64,000 bases of DNA from an uncultured Clostridia bacterium. GTDB taxonomy: Bacteria > Bacillota > Clostridia > Christensenellales > CAG-138. The first letter of the stretch is position 1. Each line of letters starts with the position of its first letter. The stretch lies in contig CAMKES010000002.1 of assembly GCA_946411635.1 (NCBI GenBank), positions 46,566 through 110,565 of the forward strand, in the 5' to 3' direction. A program made the translations under genes and the position numbers. Below the pieces are notes generated by a model that saw only the letters and a list, made by a program, of their open reading frames with translations, made no database searches and was not told the origin of the DNA. This document shows positions 19,189 through 28,633 of the stretch, piece by piece.

Positions 19189-20060
19189 TTCTGGTGCAGA
19201 TCGAGCTGCGGGAACGGGACCTCGACGCCGAGCTTCCGCATGCCGACAAACAGGTCATGGTTCAGCGCACGAGCGCCCATGTAGATATCGCCCTCGGCAA
19301 CGTCCACCGTAAACCGCAGAAGCACCGCGCTGTCGTCGAGCTTGTTGACGCCGAGATATTCGGGCTTGTTCTTCATCAGGTCCGAACGGTTCGCGTAGAT
19401 CTCGTCCAGAAGCGCGGGGATCTGCTTTTCCAATTCCTCCAGATTTGTTTCATACGGGATCGGGAAATCGGATACGGACTTGGAAAAGTTGTCCGAACGG
19501 TTTAGGACGTTCTTCATATCCGAATTGTTGATGATTTTGACGTTGCCGCCGACATCGGTCAGAACCGTCGAACGGACGTTGATCTCCGTGACCGTTCCGC
19601 GGAAGCCGTCGACCTCGATGATGTCGCCGATGTTATACTGATTGTCGATCAGGATGAACATGCCGGTAACGATATCGGCGATCAGGCTCTCCGCGCCGAA
19701 GCCGATGATCAGCGCGATAATGCCGAGACCGGCGAGGATCGTGCCGACGTCGACCGTGAAGATCCGGAGCACCACGCAGATCGAAATCAGGATCGCCGCG
19801 TAACGCAGCAGGTTTTTCGCCAGCGAAATCAGCGTACGCAGGCGATTGCTTTTCGGCTTCAGCAGTCCGAGAACATAGTGCAGCAAGCCCTCGACCGCGA
19901 AGATGATCATCAGGATCAGGATCGCGTTCAAAAACGTGGTCCAGCTCCACTGGAACCCCTCGACTTTATCGATCAGGTTCAGATTTCGTCCGATCACGTA
20001 GATCAAAACTCCGATCACCGCGCAGACGATCGCGCGGATCAACGCCCTGTGTTTCTTCAT
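19185..20060 (-). CDS. mechanosensitive ion channel (MscS family)
   Basis: 291 aa from ATG 20060 (AAGGAG upstream). Three TM helices, then GDIIEVDGFRGTVTEINVRSTVL. The track ORF (to 20633) carries a spurious Arg-rich extension. Confidence 0.85.
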   Translation of the reverse strand: MKKHRALIRAIVCAVIGVLIYVIGRNLNLIDKVEGFQWSWTTFLNAILILMIIFAVEGLLHYVLGLLKPKSNRLRTLISLAKNLLRYAAILISICVVLRIFTVDVGTILAGLGIIALIIGFGAESLIADIVTGMFILIDNQYNIGDIIEVDGFRGTVTEINVRSTVLTDVGGNVKIINNSDMKNVLNRSDNFSKSVSDFPIPYETNLEELEKQIPALLDEIYANRSDLMKNKPEYLGVNKLDDSAVLLRFTVDVAEGDIYMGARALNHDLFVGMRKLGVEVPFPQLDLHQK

Positions 20061-20132
20061 AAATGGACTCCTTTCCGGTTTCGATTCCGATAATAAGCAG
20101 AGAAACCTCCGCTTTATCCTCAAATCATATAT

Positions 20133-20161
20133 AGTATATCGAAACGATTCGCTCCTGTCAA
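20133..20161 (-). promoter_or_regulatory. sigma-A type promoter of the mscS operon
   Basis: Minus strand TTGACA (20156-20161), 17 nt, TATACT (20133-20138). Confidence 0.7.
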
Positions 20162-20206
20162 TCCGAAAGCGTCGATCCTGTCGGCCCGCATCAAAAACGG
20201 GTTCAT

Positions 20207-20236
20207 AAAAAAGCCCTGCGGGGTTTCCCGCAGGGC
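20207..20236 (-). terminator. rho-independent terminator after the GT2 gene
   Basis: GCCCUGCGGG-AAAC-CCCGCAGGGC followed by UUUUUU on the minus strand. Confidence 0.85.
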
Positions 20237-20245
20237 AGAAGCCGA

Positions 20246-21190
20246 TCAGTTGTCTCCGGCGTTCAGCGTTTCGGCAACGATGTACAGCGGACGGTCCTTG
20301 AGTTCGTCGTACATCCTGCCGAGGTACATCCCGTGCACGCCCATGCAGCAGAACGTGACCGCGTGCAGCAGAACGCCGCCCGCGACCGCCCACAGCCATT
20401 GCGGGCACTTTGCGCCGTAGATCGCGGTCAGAACGATCATCGCGATCACGCCGAGCGTGCCGAGTACGCCGAGCAGAACGCCGATCGCAAAGGGCAGTTC
20501 GAGCGGCTTCGAGGAGAAGTTGAAGATCCCGTCGCAGGCGAGCTTGAGCATCTTTTTCAGCGTATACTTGGTCTTGCCCGCCGCGCGCTCGTCGCGCACG
20601 TATTCGAGCGGCACCGCCTCGAAGCCCATCCATGCCGACATCCCGCGCAGAAACCGCGCCTGCTCGCGCATCTTCAGGAACACGTCCGCGACCTTGCGGT
20701 CGAGCAGCCGGAAATCGCCGGTGTCAAGCGGGATCGGATACGCGCTCATGGAGGACAGCAGCCGGTAATACAGCTTTGCGGTCAGCTTCTTGAAGATCGT
20801 TTCGCCCTTGCGTTTCAGCCGTTTTCCGTAGACGACGTCCGCGCCTTCCTTCCACATCTCCACCATCTTCGGGATCAGTTCCGGCGGGTCCTGCAGGTCG
20901 ACGTCGATGATGATCAGCGCGTCGCCCTTCGCATGGTCCATGCCGCAGGTGACGGCAAGCTGGTGCCCGAAATTGCGCGAGAACGAATATACGCGAACGG
21001 TGTCCGGATGCTCCTTTGCAAGCTGTCTGAGCAGTTTCATCGTGCCGTCGCGGCTGCCGTCGTTCACGTAGATGATCTCGTACGGATGGCCCGTCGACTG
21101 CATGGCGGCGTCCATCCGTCGGTAGGACTCCATCAGCACTTCTTCTTCGTAATAGACCGGGATGATCAGAGAAAGCAGTTCGTTTGCCAT
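20246..21190 (-). CDS. family 2 glycosyltransferase, polyprenyl-phosphate sugar transferase type (GtrB/CsbB-like)
   Basis: 314 aa from ATG 21190 (GGAGGAG upstream). LSLIIPVYYEE..., DGSRDGT, DVDLQD, two C-terminal TM helices. Confidence 0.85.
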   Translation of the reverse strand: MANELLSLIIPVYYEEEVLMESYRRMDAAMQSTGHPYEIIYVNDGSRDGTMKLLRQLAKEHPDTVRVYSFSRNFGHQLAVTCGMDHAKGDALIIIDVDLQDPPELIPKMVEMWKEGADVVYGKRLKRKGETIFKKLTAKLYYRLLSSMSAYPIPLDTGDFRLLDRKVADVFLKMREQARFLRGMSAWMGFEAVPLEYVRDERAAGKTKYTLKKMLKLACDGIFNFSSKPLELPFAIGVLLGVLGTLGVIAMIVLTAIYGAKCPQWLWAVAGGVLLHAVTFCCMGVHGMYLGRMYDELKDRPLYIVAETLNAGDN

Positions 21191-21241
21191 ATTCTCCTCC
21201 AACAGATTCGTTTTCATCAGTATATCCCAAAAATGTTTCGG

Positions 21242-21270
21242 TTGCAATTCCTTTTTGCGGGTTGTATAAT
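21242..21270 (+). promoter_or_regulatory. sigma-A type promoter of fba
   Basis: TTGCAA (21242-21247), 17 nt, TATAAT (21265-21270). Confidence 0.7.
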
Positions 21271-21303
21271 AGGTTTGAATCTGAAGCAAAGGAGATTTTG
21301 GCA

Positions 21304-22287
21304 ATGGCAATCGTAACAAGCACCGAAATGTTCAAAAAGGCCTACGACGGCGGATACGCGATCGGCGCGTTCAACGTCAACAACATGGAGATCATCCAGG
21401 GCATCACCGCGGCGGCGATCGCGGAGCGCGCGCCTCTGATCCTTCAGGTATCGAAGGGCGCCCGCGCGTACGCGAATCACATCTATCTGATGAAACTGAT
21501 CGAAGCGGCCATCGAGGACGCCGAGCAGAACGCCGGATTCGATCTTCCGATCTGCGTCCATCTGGACCACGGCGACAGCTTTGAGCTCTGCAAGAGCTGC
21601 ATCGACGGCGGCTTTACCTCCGTCATGATCGACAAGTCCGGTCTGCCGCTCAAGGAGAACATCGCCATCACCAAGCAGGTCGTTGAATACGCACATGATC
21701 ACGGCGTGGTCGTCGAGGCGGAACTCGGCACGCTGGCGGGCGTTGAGGACGAGGTCAACGTCTCCGCAGAGGATTCCTCCTATACGCATCCGGACGACGT
21801 GCAGGAATTCGTCGAGAGCACCGGATGCGACTCGCTGGCGATCGCGATCGGCACGAGCCACGGCGCATACAAGTTTACCGCAGCGCAGTGCACGCGCAAC
21901 GAGCAGGGCCTGCTCGTTCCCCCGCCCCTCCGGTTCGACATCCTGCGCGAGGTCGAAAAACGTCTGCCGGGATTCCCGATCGTTCTGCACGGTTCCTCCT
22001 CCGTCCCGCAGGAGTTCGTGAAGATCATCAACGAGAACGGCGGCCGGATGCCCGACGCGGTCGGCATTCCCGAGGAACAGCTCAGAGAAGCGGCGCGCAT
22101 GGCGGTCTGCAAGATCAACATCGACAGCGACCTGCGTCTCGCGATGACGGCCTGCATCCGTCAGTATTTCAACGAGCATCCGGATCACTTCGATCCGCGC
22201 CAGTACCTGAAGCCCGCGCGCGCCGCCATCCAGAAGATGGTCCAGCACAAGCTGGTCGACGTGCTCGGCTGCAACGGCAAAGCGTAA
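21304..22287 (+). CDS. fba: class II fructose-bisphosphate aldolase
   Basis: 327 aa from ATG 21304 (AAAGGAG upstream). AIGAFNVNNME, VHLDHG, GTSHGAYKF, LHGSSS. Confidence 0.93.
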   Translation: MAIVTSTEMFKKAYDGGYAIGAFNVNNMEIIQGITAAAIAERAPLILQVSKGARAYANHIYLMKLIEAAIEDAEQNAGFDLPICVHLDHGDSFELCKSCIDGGFTSVMIDKSGLPLKENIAITKQVVEYAHDHGVVVEAELGTLAGVEDEVNVSAEDSSYTHPDDVQEFVESTGCDSLAIAIGTSHGAYKFTAAQCTRNEQGLLVPPPLRFDILREVEKRLPGFPIVLHGSSSVPQEFVKIINENGGRMPDAVGIPEEQLREAARMAVCKINIDSDLRLAMTACIRQYFNEHPDHFDPRQYLKPARAAIQKMVQHKLVDVLGCNGKA

Positions 22288-22303
22288 CGCCGTTTCCGAA
22301 ATC

Positions 22304-22340
22304 AAAAAAGCCCGATCCGAACGGACCGGGCTTTTGCTTT
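22304..22340. terminator. bidirectional terminator between fba and the deacetylase gene
   Basis: AAAAAA-GCCCGATCCG-AAC-GGACCGGGC-TTTTGCTTT. Confidence 0.8.
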
Positions 22341-22345
22341 GTCAT

Positions 22346-23611
22346 TTATTCGCCTTTGTTCATCGCTTCGCGCGCGGTGAAGGTATCGTCCCACTCCCAT
22401 CCCATCAGCTCGGAGACCGTGCCGAAGGTGTAGCCGCGTTTGATCAACTCGTTCAGGATCGGCTTGAGATACTTCTTGACCTGCGGCGCGCCGTTGTGGC
22501 ACAGGATGATATCGCCGGGCTCGACCTCCCGGAGAACGAGATCGATGATCCGCTCGCCGGTCCATCCCTCGGTCGCGTCCTTGGACGTCTGTCCCCACTT
22601 GATCACCTCGCAGCCGTTGTACCGCGCGATCGCGTTCACACGCTGATTGCTCGCGCCGTACGGACAGCGGAACAGGTGCATGCGGTATCCGTGGTTCTCG
22701 AGCATCAGGTCGATCGGCTTTCTGATCTCGCGCTCGACCGTTGCGGCGTCGGCGCCGGTCAGCCGCGGGTGCGTCATGGAATGGTTGCCGATCTCATGCC
22801 CTTCTTCGATCATGCGTTCGATCCACGGACCGTGGTTGCCGATCCACTTGCCCGTCATGAAAAACGTTACGTGAATATCGTATTCCTTCAGCGTATCGAG
22901 GATCCAGTCGGTATAGGTCTCGCCGTACGCGCAGTCGAACGTGAACGCGACCATCTTGTCTTCCCGCGCATAGTTTCCGAGCACCTGCGTATACGACGGA
23001 TCGGCCACGGCGACGTCCTTCATCGCGATCGGCACGTCCGTGCCTTCGACGAACAGATACAGCGTCGTGCGCGGCGGAGCGCCTTCCGGAAGCGTTACGG
23101 ACAGCGAATTCCGTTTCTTCTGCGAAAGCTTTCCTCTGCCGACGACCGTTCCGTCCGTGAGACGGATCTCCGCGGCGGCGTTCGCCGGGATCGCCTTTGT
23201 ATTCTTTGCGTTCAGATGCAGTTTTGCTTCTTTTCCGGGCGTCAGAAGCAGTATGCCGTCTTCGAAGGACACGAACGGGTCCGGCATCGGCGTGGGAACG
23301 GGCGTCGGCGTCGGTTCGGGCGTTGCGGTCGGCTCCTCGGTCGGTTCGGGCGTCGGCGTCGGTTCCTCGGTCGGTTCGGGCGTCGGCGTCGGTTCCTGCG
23401 TGGGCGGAGGCGTCGGGACCTGCGCCTGGCTTGCTGTTTCGGAGAGCTCAATCGAGATCTCCTCCGGCGTTTCCGCAGGCGTTTTTGCCGTTTCTTCCGC
23501 GGAAGGCGGTTCCTTCGCGTCGCCGGGGACCGTATCCGCATTCTGCGCACAGCCGAACAGCAGCGTCGCGAGCATCCATACCGCAAGCAGAATTCCCGTC
23601 GTCTTTTTCAT
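22346..23611 (-). CDS. lipoprotein polysaccharide deacetylase (NodB/CE4 domain)
   Basis: 421 aa from ATG 23611. Lipobox LLFGC, PT-rich linker, C-terminal CE4 domain (FTFDCAYG..., GNHSMTHP, RCPYG). The track ORF (to 23974) is over-extended. Confidence 0.85.
   Translation of the reverse strand: MKKTTGILLAVWMLATLLFGCAQNADTVPGDAKEPPSAEETAKTPAETPEEISIELSETASQAQVPTPPPTQEPTPTPEPTEEPTPTPEPTEEPTATPEPTPTPVPTPMPDPFVSFEDGILLLTPGKEAKLHLNAKNTKAIPANAAAEIRLTDGTVVGRGKLSQKKRNSLSVTLPEGAPPRTTLYLFVEGTDVPIAMKDVAVADPSYTQVLGNYAREDKMVAFTFDCAYGETYTDWILDTLKEYDIHVTFFMTGKWIGNHGPWIERMIEEGHEIGNHSMTHPRLTGADAATVEREIRKPIDLMLENHGYRMHLFRCPYGASNQRVNAIARYNGCEVIKWGQTSKDATEGWTGERIIDLVLREVEPGDIILCHNGAPQVKKYLKPILNELIKRGYTFGTVSELMGWEWDDTFTAREAMNKGE
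23311..23400 (-). repeat. 30-nt tandem repeat x3 encoding EPTPTPEPTE
   Basis: tcggttcgggcgtcggcgtcggttcctcgg at 23341-23370 and 23371-23400, with a diverged copy at 23311-23340. Confidence 0.85.
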
Positions 23612-23733
23612 CGTGCCCTCCCTGTCTCCGCTCGTCATTTTTATATAGTATAACACGTCCGTTTTGCCGTGTCCAGCTGCGCCGTTCCGGAATCGCGCGG
23701 AACCGAAGCGCATACGGTATTCCGGAGGTCGCA

Positions 23734-24750
23734 ATGAAACAGATCCTGCCGCTTTTGCTGTTGGTTTGCCTTGCCGCCGCTCCGGACGCGTCGTTTTCCG
23801 CCGCTTCCGACGCCGCGCTTCTGTGGTGGACGCGCGTTCTGCCCTCGCTGCTTCCGTACCTGATCGCCGTTTCGCTTCTGGAGCGCAGCGATCTGTTTTT
23901 CCGCCTGCCGAAGCGGATCGCGCTGCTCCTGCTGCTGCCGCTCGGCGCGATCGGCGGATATCCGGCCGGTGCAAAGCTCGCGGGACGGCTGTACGGGGAC
24001 GGCGCTCTCACGCTGCGGAACGCGCGCCGCGCGGCGCTTGCGGCAAGCCTGCCGAATCCCGTCTTTCTGTATTCCGTCGTCGCCGTCGGAACGTTTCACG
24101 ATCCGTGCGCAGCGATCCCGCTGCTGATCGGGATTTACGGTCCCGCGCTGTTCGGCGCGATCCCGATGCTGCGCGTTTCCCTGCAAACCGTTCCTCTGCC
24201 CGGCGGCGCGTTTTCCGCGCAGGCGCTGCCCGACGCGATCCGGGACGGCGTGCGTTCGATCCTCATGATCGGCGGTTGTCTGGTGTTCGCCGCCGTGCTC
24301 GGCGCGCTGATCGGGGCAAGCGGGCTGCTCTCGCTGTTCGGAACGTATGCGGCTTTTGCGCGCGCGATCCTGCTCGGCGTATGCGAGATGACCTGCGGCG
24401 TGCAGGCGGCCGCCGCGCTTTCGCTGCCGGTCGCGGTCCGTCTCGCGCTCTGTGCGTTCTTCGCGCAGTTCGGCGGCGTTTCGGTCGGTCTGCAATGCGC
24501 ATCGCATCTCCCCGTTTCGTTTTCCCGCTGGTTTGCGGTGCGCTTCGTCACGGGCGCGATCGCCGCAATCGCCGTATATCTGCTCTCGCTCGCGCTCGTT
24601 CCGGAACCGGTCGCGTCCGTTTTCGCAAGCAAAGACGCGATCGTGAGAAACGCGGCCGATCTCGCGTCCGTTGCGCTCGCGTCGGGCTTCGGGCTGCTGT
24701 TGATCTTTGTGTTCACCGCGGGATCGAAGAAACGAAAAAAGACGCCGTAA
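23734..24750 (+). CDS. ylbJ: YlbJ-like sporulation integral membrane protein (nucleoside-recognition-domain family)
   Basis: 338 aa from ATG 23734 (GGAGG upstream). LLWWTRVLPSLLPYLIAVSLL, GGYPAGAKLAGRL and SLPNPVFLYSVVAVG parallel conserved blocks of B. subtilis YlbJ. It is shorter than the about 400-aa reference. Confidence 0.65.
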   Translation: MKQILPLLLLVCLAAAPDASFSAASDAALLWWTRVLPSLLPYLIAVSLLERSDLFFRLPKRIALLLLLPLGAIGGYPAGAKLAGRLYGDGALTLRNARRAALAASLPNPVFLYSVVAVGTFHDPCAAIPLLIGIYGPALFGAIPMLRVSLQTVPLPGGAFSAQALPDAIRDGVRSILMIGGCLVFAAVLGALIGASGLLSLFGTYAAFARAILLGVCEMTCGVQAAAALSLPVAVRLALCAFFAQFGGVSVGLQCASHLPVSFSRWFAVRFVTGAIAAIAVYLLSLALVPEPVASVFASKDAIVRNAADLASVALASGFGLLLIFVFTAGSKKRKKTP

Positions 24751-24760
24751 AGCGTCTTTT
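24735..24760. terminator. bidirectional terminator between ylbJ and the M42 peptidase gene
   Basis: AAAAAAGACGC-CGTAAA-GCGTCTTTT overlapping the ylbJ stop. Confidence 0.65.
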
Positions 24761-24776
24761 CGGATCGTTTTCGGTT

Positions 24777-25802
24777 TCAGGCTTCTGCAACGGCGCTGAT
24801 CAGCGCGAGCGTTGCCTTCAGCGCGTCCTCGTGCGTACGCTCGTAGCCGTGCGTTTCGCGGACGCCGGGTCCGATCAGCGCGTGACGCACGTCATACCCT
24901 GCGCGAAGGGAAACGTCCGCGTCCGAGCCGTAGCTCGGGACCATCATGTCGAGCGCGAACGGGATGCCGTTCTTCTCGCAGAGCTTCACGAGCTCGTCGG
25001 TCAGGACCGTATGATACGGGAACGATGTGTCCTTCGTGGTGATCGTCACCTTGTGCTCGTCGCTGTCGTGTCCGATGCCGATGCAGCCGATGTCGACCGC
25101 AACGAGGTCCTTCGTGTCGGCGGGAATGCCGCACGCGCCGCCGTGCCCGATCTCTTCGTATTCGGTGAAGAGCAGGCTGACCTTGCGGCTGAGCTTCACC
25201 TCGCCGTCCGCAACGCGCTGCGCGAGCCGCAAAAGCGTCGCGGCGCTCGCCTTGTCGTCGAGATAGCGGCTCTTGATGAAACCGTTCTCCGTCTCCAGAT
25301 AGCGTGTTTCGATCGCGACCTGATCGCCGCAGGTGATGCCGAGCTTCTCGACGTCGGCGCGGGAATACACGTCTTCGTCGAGCAGCAGCACGAGGTTCGT
25401 ATCGAGGTCCATCGGCGTTTCCTTCTCGGACGGACTCATCAGATGCACGCTCGGGTTCTTTCTGCGGACCGTTCCGGTGTAGACCCTGCCGTTTCTTGCA
25501 TGCACGCGGCAGTTCCAGTCGAGCGCGTAGTACGGATGCACGCCGCCGACCTTGATGACCTGAAGCGTGCCGTCCGCGTTGATCTGACGGACCATGAGCC
25601 CGATTGCGTCGACATGCGCGGCGATCGTGACGGGGTTGCCCTCGCCGCCGAGTTCGATCCGCACGCCGCCCTTGTTGAGCTGCACCGCTTCAAAGCCCAT
25701 GCGCTTCGCTTCGGCGAGCAGATATGCGTCCATTTCGGTGAAGAAGCCGGTGGTGCTGTCGATCGCCATCAGTTCTCTGAGCGTCTTTTTCAGCCGTTCC
25801 AT
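24777..25802 (-). CDS. M42 family metallopeptidase (glutamyl aminopeptidase/FrvX-like)
   Basis: 341 aa. AAHVDAIGLMV, FIKSRYLDDKAS, EEIGHGGA are typical M42 blocks. Starts 9 nt after the potD stop. Confidence 0.8.
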   Translation of the reverse strand: MERLKKTLRELMAIDSTTGFFTEMDAYLLAEAKRMGFEAVQLNKGGVRIELGGEGNPVTIAAHVDAIGLMVRQINADGTLQVIKVGGVHPYYALDWNCRVHARNGRVYTGTVRRKNPSVHLMSPSEKETPMDLDTNLVLLLDEDVYSRADVEKLGITCGDQVAIETRYLETENGFIKSRYLDDKASAATLLRLAQRVADGEVKLSRKVSLLFTEYEEIGHGGACGIPADTKDLVAVDIGCIGIGHDSDEHKVTITTKDTSFPYHTVLTDELVKLCEKNGIPFALDMMVPSYGSDADVSLRAGYDVRHALIGPGVRETHGYERTHEDALKATLALISAVAEA

Positions 25803-25811
25803 AGATCCTCC

Positions 25812-26864
25812 TCAGTTGGACGCCTTGATCTTGCTCCACGCGGCGTTGTATACTTCGACGAACTCGCCGAGATCGTGGAACACCTCGCAGCGGTCGAGGA
25901 TTTCCTGCGGCGGATTGTAGGTCTCATCCTCGGTGAAGTCTTCGCTGAGCCGGTCCATCGCCGCCTTGTTCGGCGTCGAGTAGCAGATGTATTCCGTGTT
26001 GCGCGTCGCGTTTTCGGCGTCGTTCAGGAAGTTGATGAACATGTGCGCCGCATCGACGTTCTTCGCGCTCTTGGGAATAACGACGTTATCGAACCAGACG
26101 TTGCTGCCTTCCTTCGGAACGACGTAAGCGAGGTCCGGATTCTCATCGATGCAGGCGAATGCATCGCCCGAGTAAATGACGGCGATCGCCGCTTTGCCGT
26201 TGACCATGGAGGTGCGCATATTGTCGGTGCCGAATCCCTTGCGAAGCGGCGCCTGTGCAATGAGCAGGTCCCGCGCTTCGGCAACTTCCGCTTCGCTGCG
26301 CGTGTTCATTTCGTAGCCGAGGTACTTCAGCGTAATGCCGATCGTGTCGCGGACGCTGTCGTACATCCAGATCTTGCCGGCGTACTTTTCGTTCCAGAGA
26401 ATGCCCCAGCTGTCGACGGGCTCGTCAACCATCGTGGTGTTGTACAGAATGCCGACCGTGCCCCACATATACGGAAGGGAATACTTGTTGCCCGGATCGA
26501 AGGCGTTCGTGATCTCCTTCATCTTCGGATCGATGTTCTCCGCATTCGGGATCTTGGAGTAATCCAGCGGGATCAGCATGTCTTCACGGATCATCTGCTC
26601 GATGATGTAGTCCGACGGGAAGCAGAGGTCGTAGTTGCTGTCGGAGGAACGCAGTTTGATCAGCATCTCCTCGTTGCTGGTCATCTCGATATAGTTGACC
26701 TTGATGCCGGTCTGCTCTTCGAATTCCTCGATCAGGTCCGGATCGATGTATTCGCCCCAGTTCAGCACGTTCAGCTCGCGGTTGCTCTCCTCCGACTTCG
26801 AGCCGCATGCCGCAAATGCGAACAGGACACAGGCCGCCAGTACCAGGCAAAGAATCTTTTTCAT
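25812..26864 (-). CDS. potD: spermidine/putrescine ABC transporter substrate-binding lipoprotein
   Basis: 350 aa. Lipobox FAFAACGS, PotD/PotF family pattern (LNVLNWGEYIDP..., YMWGT). Confidence 0.88.
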   Translation of the reverse strand: MKKILCLVLAACVLFAFAACGSKSEESNRELNVLNWGEYIDPDLIEEFEEQTGIKVNYIEMTSNEEMLIKLRSSDSNYDLCFPSDYIIEQMIREDMLIPLDYSKIPNAENIDPKMKEITNAFDPGNKYSLPYMWGTVGILYNTTMVDEPVDSWGILWNEKYAGKIWMYDSVRDTIGITLKYLGYEMNTRSEAEVAEARDLLIAQAPLRKGFGTDNMRTSMVNGKAAIAVIYSGDAFACIDENPDLAYVVPKEGSNVWFDNVVIPKSAKNVDAAHMFINFLNDAENATRNTEYICYSTPNKAAMDRLSEDFTEDETYNPPQEILDRCEVFHDLGEFVEVYNAAWSKIKASN

Positions 26865-26894
26865 CTTGTAAGTTCCTTTCTTTCGTGTGGATTG

Positions 26895-27800
26895 TTATTT
26901 TTTCAGTTTGACTTTTTTGTTCTGGATCTCATACTCGCGTTCCTTTGCAAGCCTGCGGAGATTGACGGCAAGCAGCATCGCAACGAGCGGAATGAAGATG
27001 ATCGTCGCAAGCGCGGGGTTAACGCCGATCTTGCCCTTCTGCGTATTCGAATAGATGAATACGGACAGGACCTGCGAATCCGCCGTGAAGTAACTGACGA
27101 CGAAGTCATCGAGCGACATGGTCAAAGCCATGATAAAGCCGGACGTAATGCCGGGCATGATATCCGGAATGACCGCCTTCCACAGCGCCTTGAACGGTGA
27201 GCAGCCGAGATCGAGCGCCGCTTCGTACAGCATATCCGAGCTCTGCTTCAGACGCGGCAGTACGGAGAAAATCACGTACGGGATACTGAACGAAATATGC
27301 GCGATCAGAAGCTTCAAGAAGTCGCTGATTTCCAGACCAAACAGCGTGTTGGCGAACGCGAACAGCATCATAAACGTGATGCCGGTCACAAGGTCCGGGT
27401 TCACCATCGGCAGCTGCGAGACCGAAAGCACCGTGGTCCGTGCGCGTTTTTTCATGGAATTGATACCGATCGCCGCCGCCGTTCCGATGATCGTCGCGGC
27501 GATGCTCGAGATGAGCGCGATCTCAAGCGTGAGTATCAGCGCGTTGCCCGCCTTGCTGGTGAACAGACGCCCGGACTCAATGTTATCCCACGTCAGCCCT
27601 TTGAACCTTCCGAAGATGGAGCCGTAGTTCTCAAGCGTAAAACCGTTCCACTTCCCCAGGTTCTTGAAGATCGTATCGCCGTTTGAATCGATATGGAACC
27701 TGTTGAACGAGAACAGGATCAAGTAGATGATCGGCAGATACAGAAACAGCAGCATGATGCCGAGATATACATATTTCAGGGAGCGGCCGAATCGTTTCAC
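26895..27800 (-). CDS. potC: spermidine/putrescine ABC transporter permease
   Basis: 301 aa. Six TM helices and the EAA loop YEAALDLGCSPFKALWKAVIP. Confidence 0.85.
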   Translation of the reverse strand: MKRFGRSLKYVYLGIMLLFLYLPIIYLILFSFNRFHIDSNGDTIFKNLGKWNGFTLENYGSIFGRFKGLTWDNIESGRLFTSKAGNALILTLEIALISSIAATIIGTAAAIGINSMKKRARTTVLSVSQLPMVNPDLVTGITFMMLFAFANTLFGLEISDFLKLLIAHISFSIPYVIFSVLPRLKQSSDMLYEAALDLGCSPFKALWKAVIPDIMPGITSGFIMALTMSLDDFVVSYFTADSQVLSVFIYSNTQKGKIGVNPALATIIFIPLVAMLLAVNLRRLAKEREYEIQNKKVKLKK

Positions 27801-28621
27801 AGAATGCTGCCCCCTTCCTTATCCTTGTCAAAGTGGTTCATGATCAGCGTACTGATCACGATGCACAGCAGAAGGATGATCGAGAGCGTCGATCCGACGG
27901 AATAGTCGTTCCTGTGGTATCCCGCTGCCGACGTGATCGCCGTTTCAATCTTGTTTCCGTACAGCATGTACGCGCCGTTGCCGATCAATGCCGGAACGGT
28001 GAACGCTGTAATAGAGGGAACGAATACCATCGTAATACCGGAAACGATACCCGGAACGGACAGCGGCAGCACGACGCGGAAGAACGTCGTGACGCCGTTT
28101 GCTCCGAGATCGCGCGACGCCTCGATCAGGCTCTTATCAAGTTTCGAAAGCGTGTTGTAAAGCGGCATCACCATGAACGGCAGAAAGTCGTACACGAGCA
28201 CAAGCAAAACTGCGATTGTACGGCCGGACGCCGTGTCCGTCAGCGATCCGGTCACCCCGAACAGTTCGGGGATCGCATACTCGATAATCGCGCTCCACGC
28301 ATAGGTACGCAGCACGAAATTCATCCACATCGGTACGAAGAACAGAACCGAAATGAACCCGGCGACCGATCTCTTCATATTCGACAGGATATATGCGATC
28401 GGATAGCCCAGAAGCAGGCAGATCGCAGTCGTTCCGAATGCAAACTCGATACTGATCCAGAGAATGCGCCAATTGTCCGGATCCTTCATCGTCTGCAGGA
28501 ATTTCTCCGTCGTCCACTCACCGTCCACGTTGAACGCGTAGTAGAAGATGAACAGCATCGGCACGGCGATGAACAGGATCATCCAAACGATATACGGATA
28601 AGCAAAGAATTTTCGCTTCAT
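27797..28621 (-). CDS. potB: spermidine/putrescine ABC transporter permease
   Basis: 274 aa. EAA loop IEASRDLGANGVTTFFRVVLP. 4-nt overlap with potC. Confidence 0.85.
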   Translation of the reverse strand: MKRKFFAYPYIVWMILFIAVPMLFIFYYAFNVDGEWTTEKFLQTMKDPDNWRILWISIEFAFGTTAICLLLGYPIAYILSNMKRSVAGFISVLFFVPMWMNFVLRTYAWSAIIEYAIPELFGVTGSLTDTASGRTIAVLLVLVYDFLPFMVMPLYNTLSKLDKSLIEASRDLGANGVTTFFRVVLPLSVPGIVSGITMVFVPSITAFTVPALIGNGAYMLYGNKIETAITSAAGYHRNDYSVGSTLSIILLLCIVISTLIMNHFDKDKEGGSIL

Positions 28622-28633
28622 GCCCCTGCCCTC

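Noticed and set aside
19185-20633. Over-extended track ORFs with Arg-rich N-terminal extensions: the mscS ORF to 20633, deacetylase to 23974, gerC to 45234, dipeptidase to 55259, amidase to 37997, gap to 15891.
   Set aside because: In each case an internal ATG preceded by a good SD begins a signal peptide, lipobox or conserved N-terminus. The upstream extension crosses terminators or promoters or the neighbouring gene. I trimmed rather than reported the long forms.
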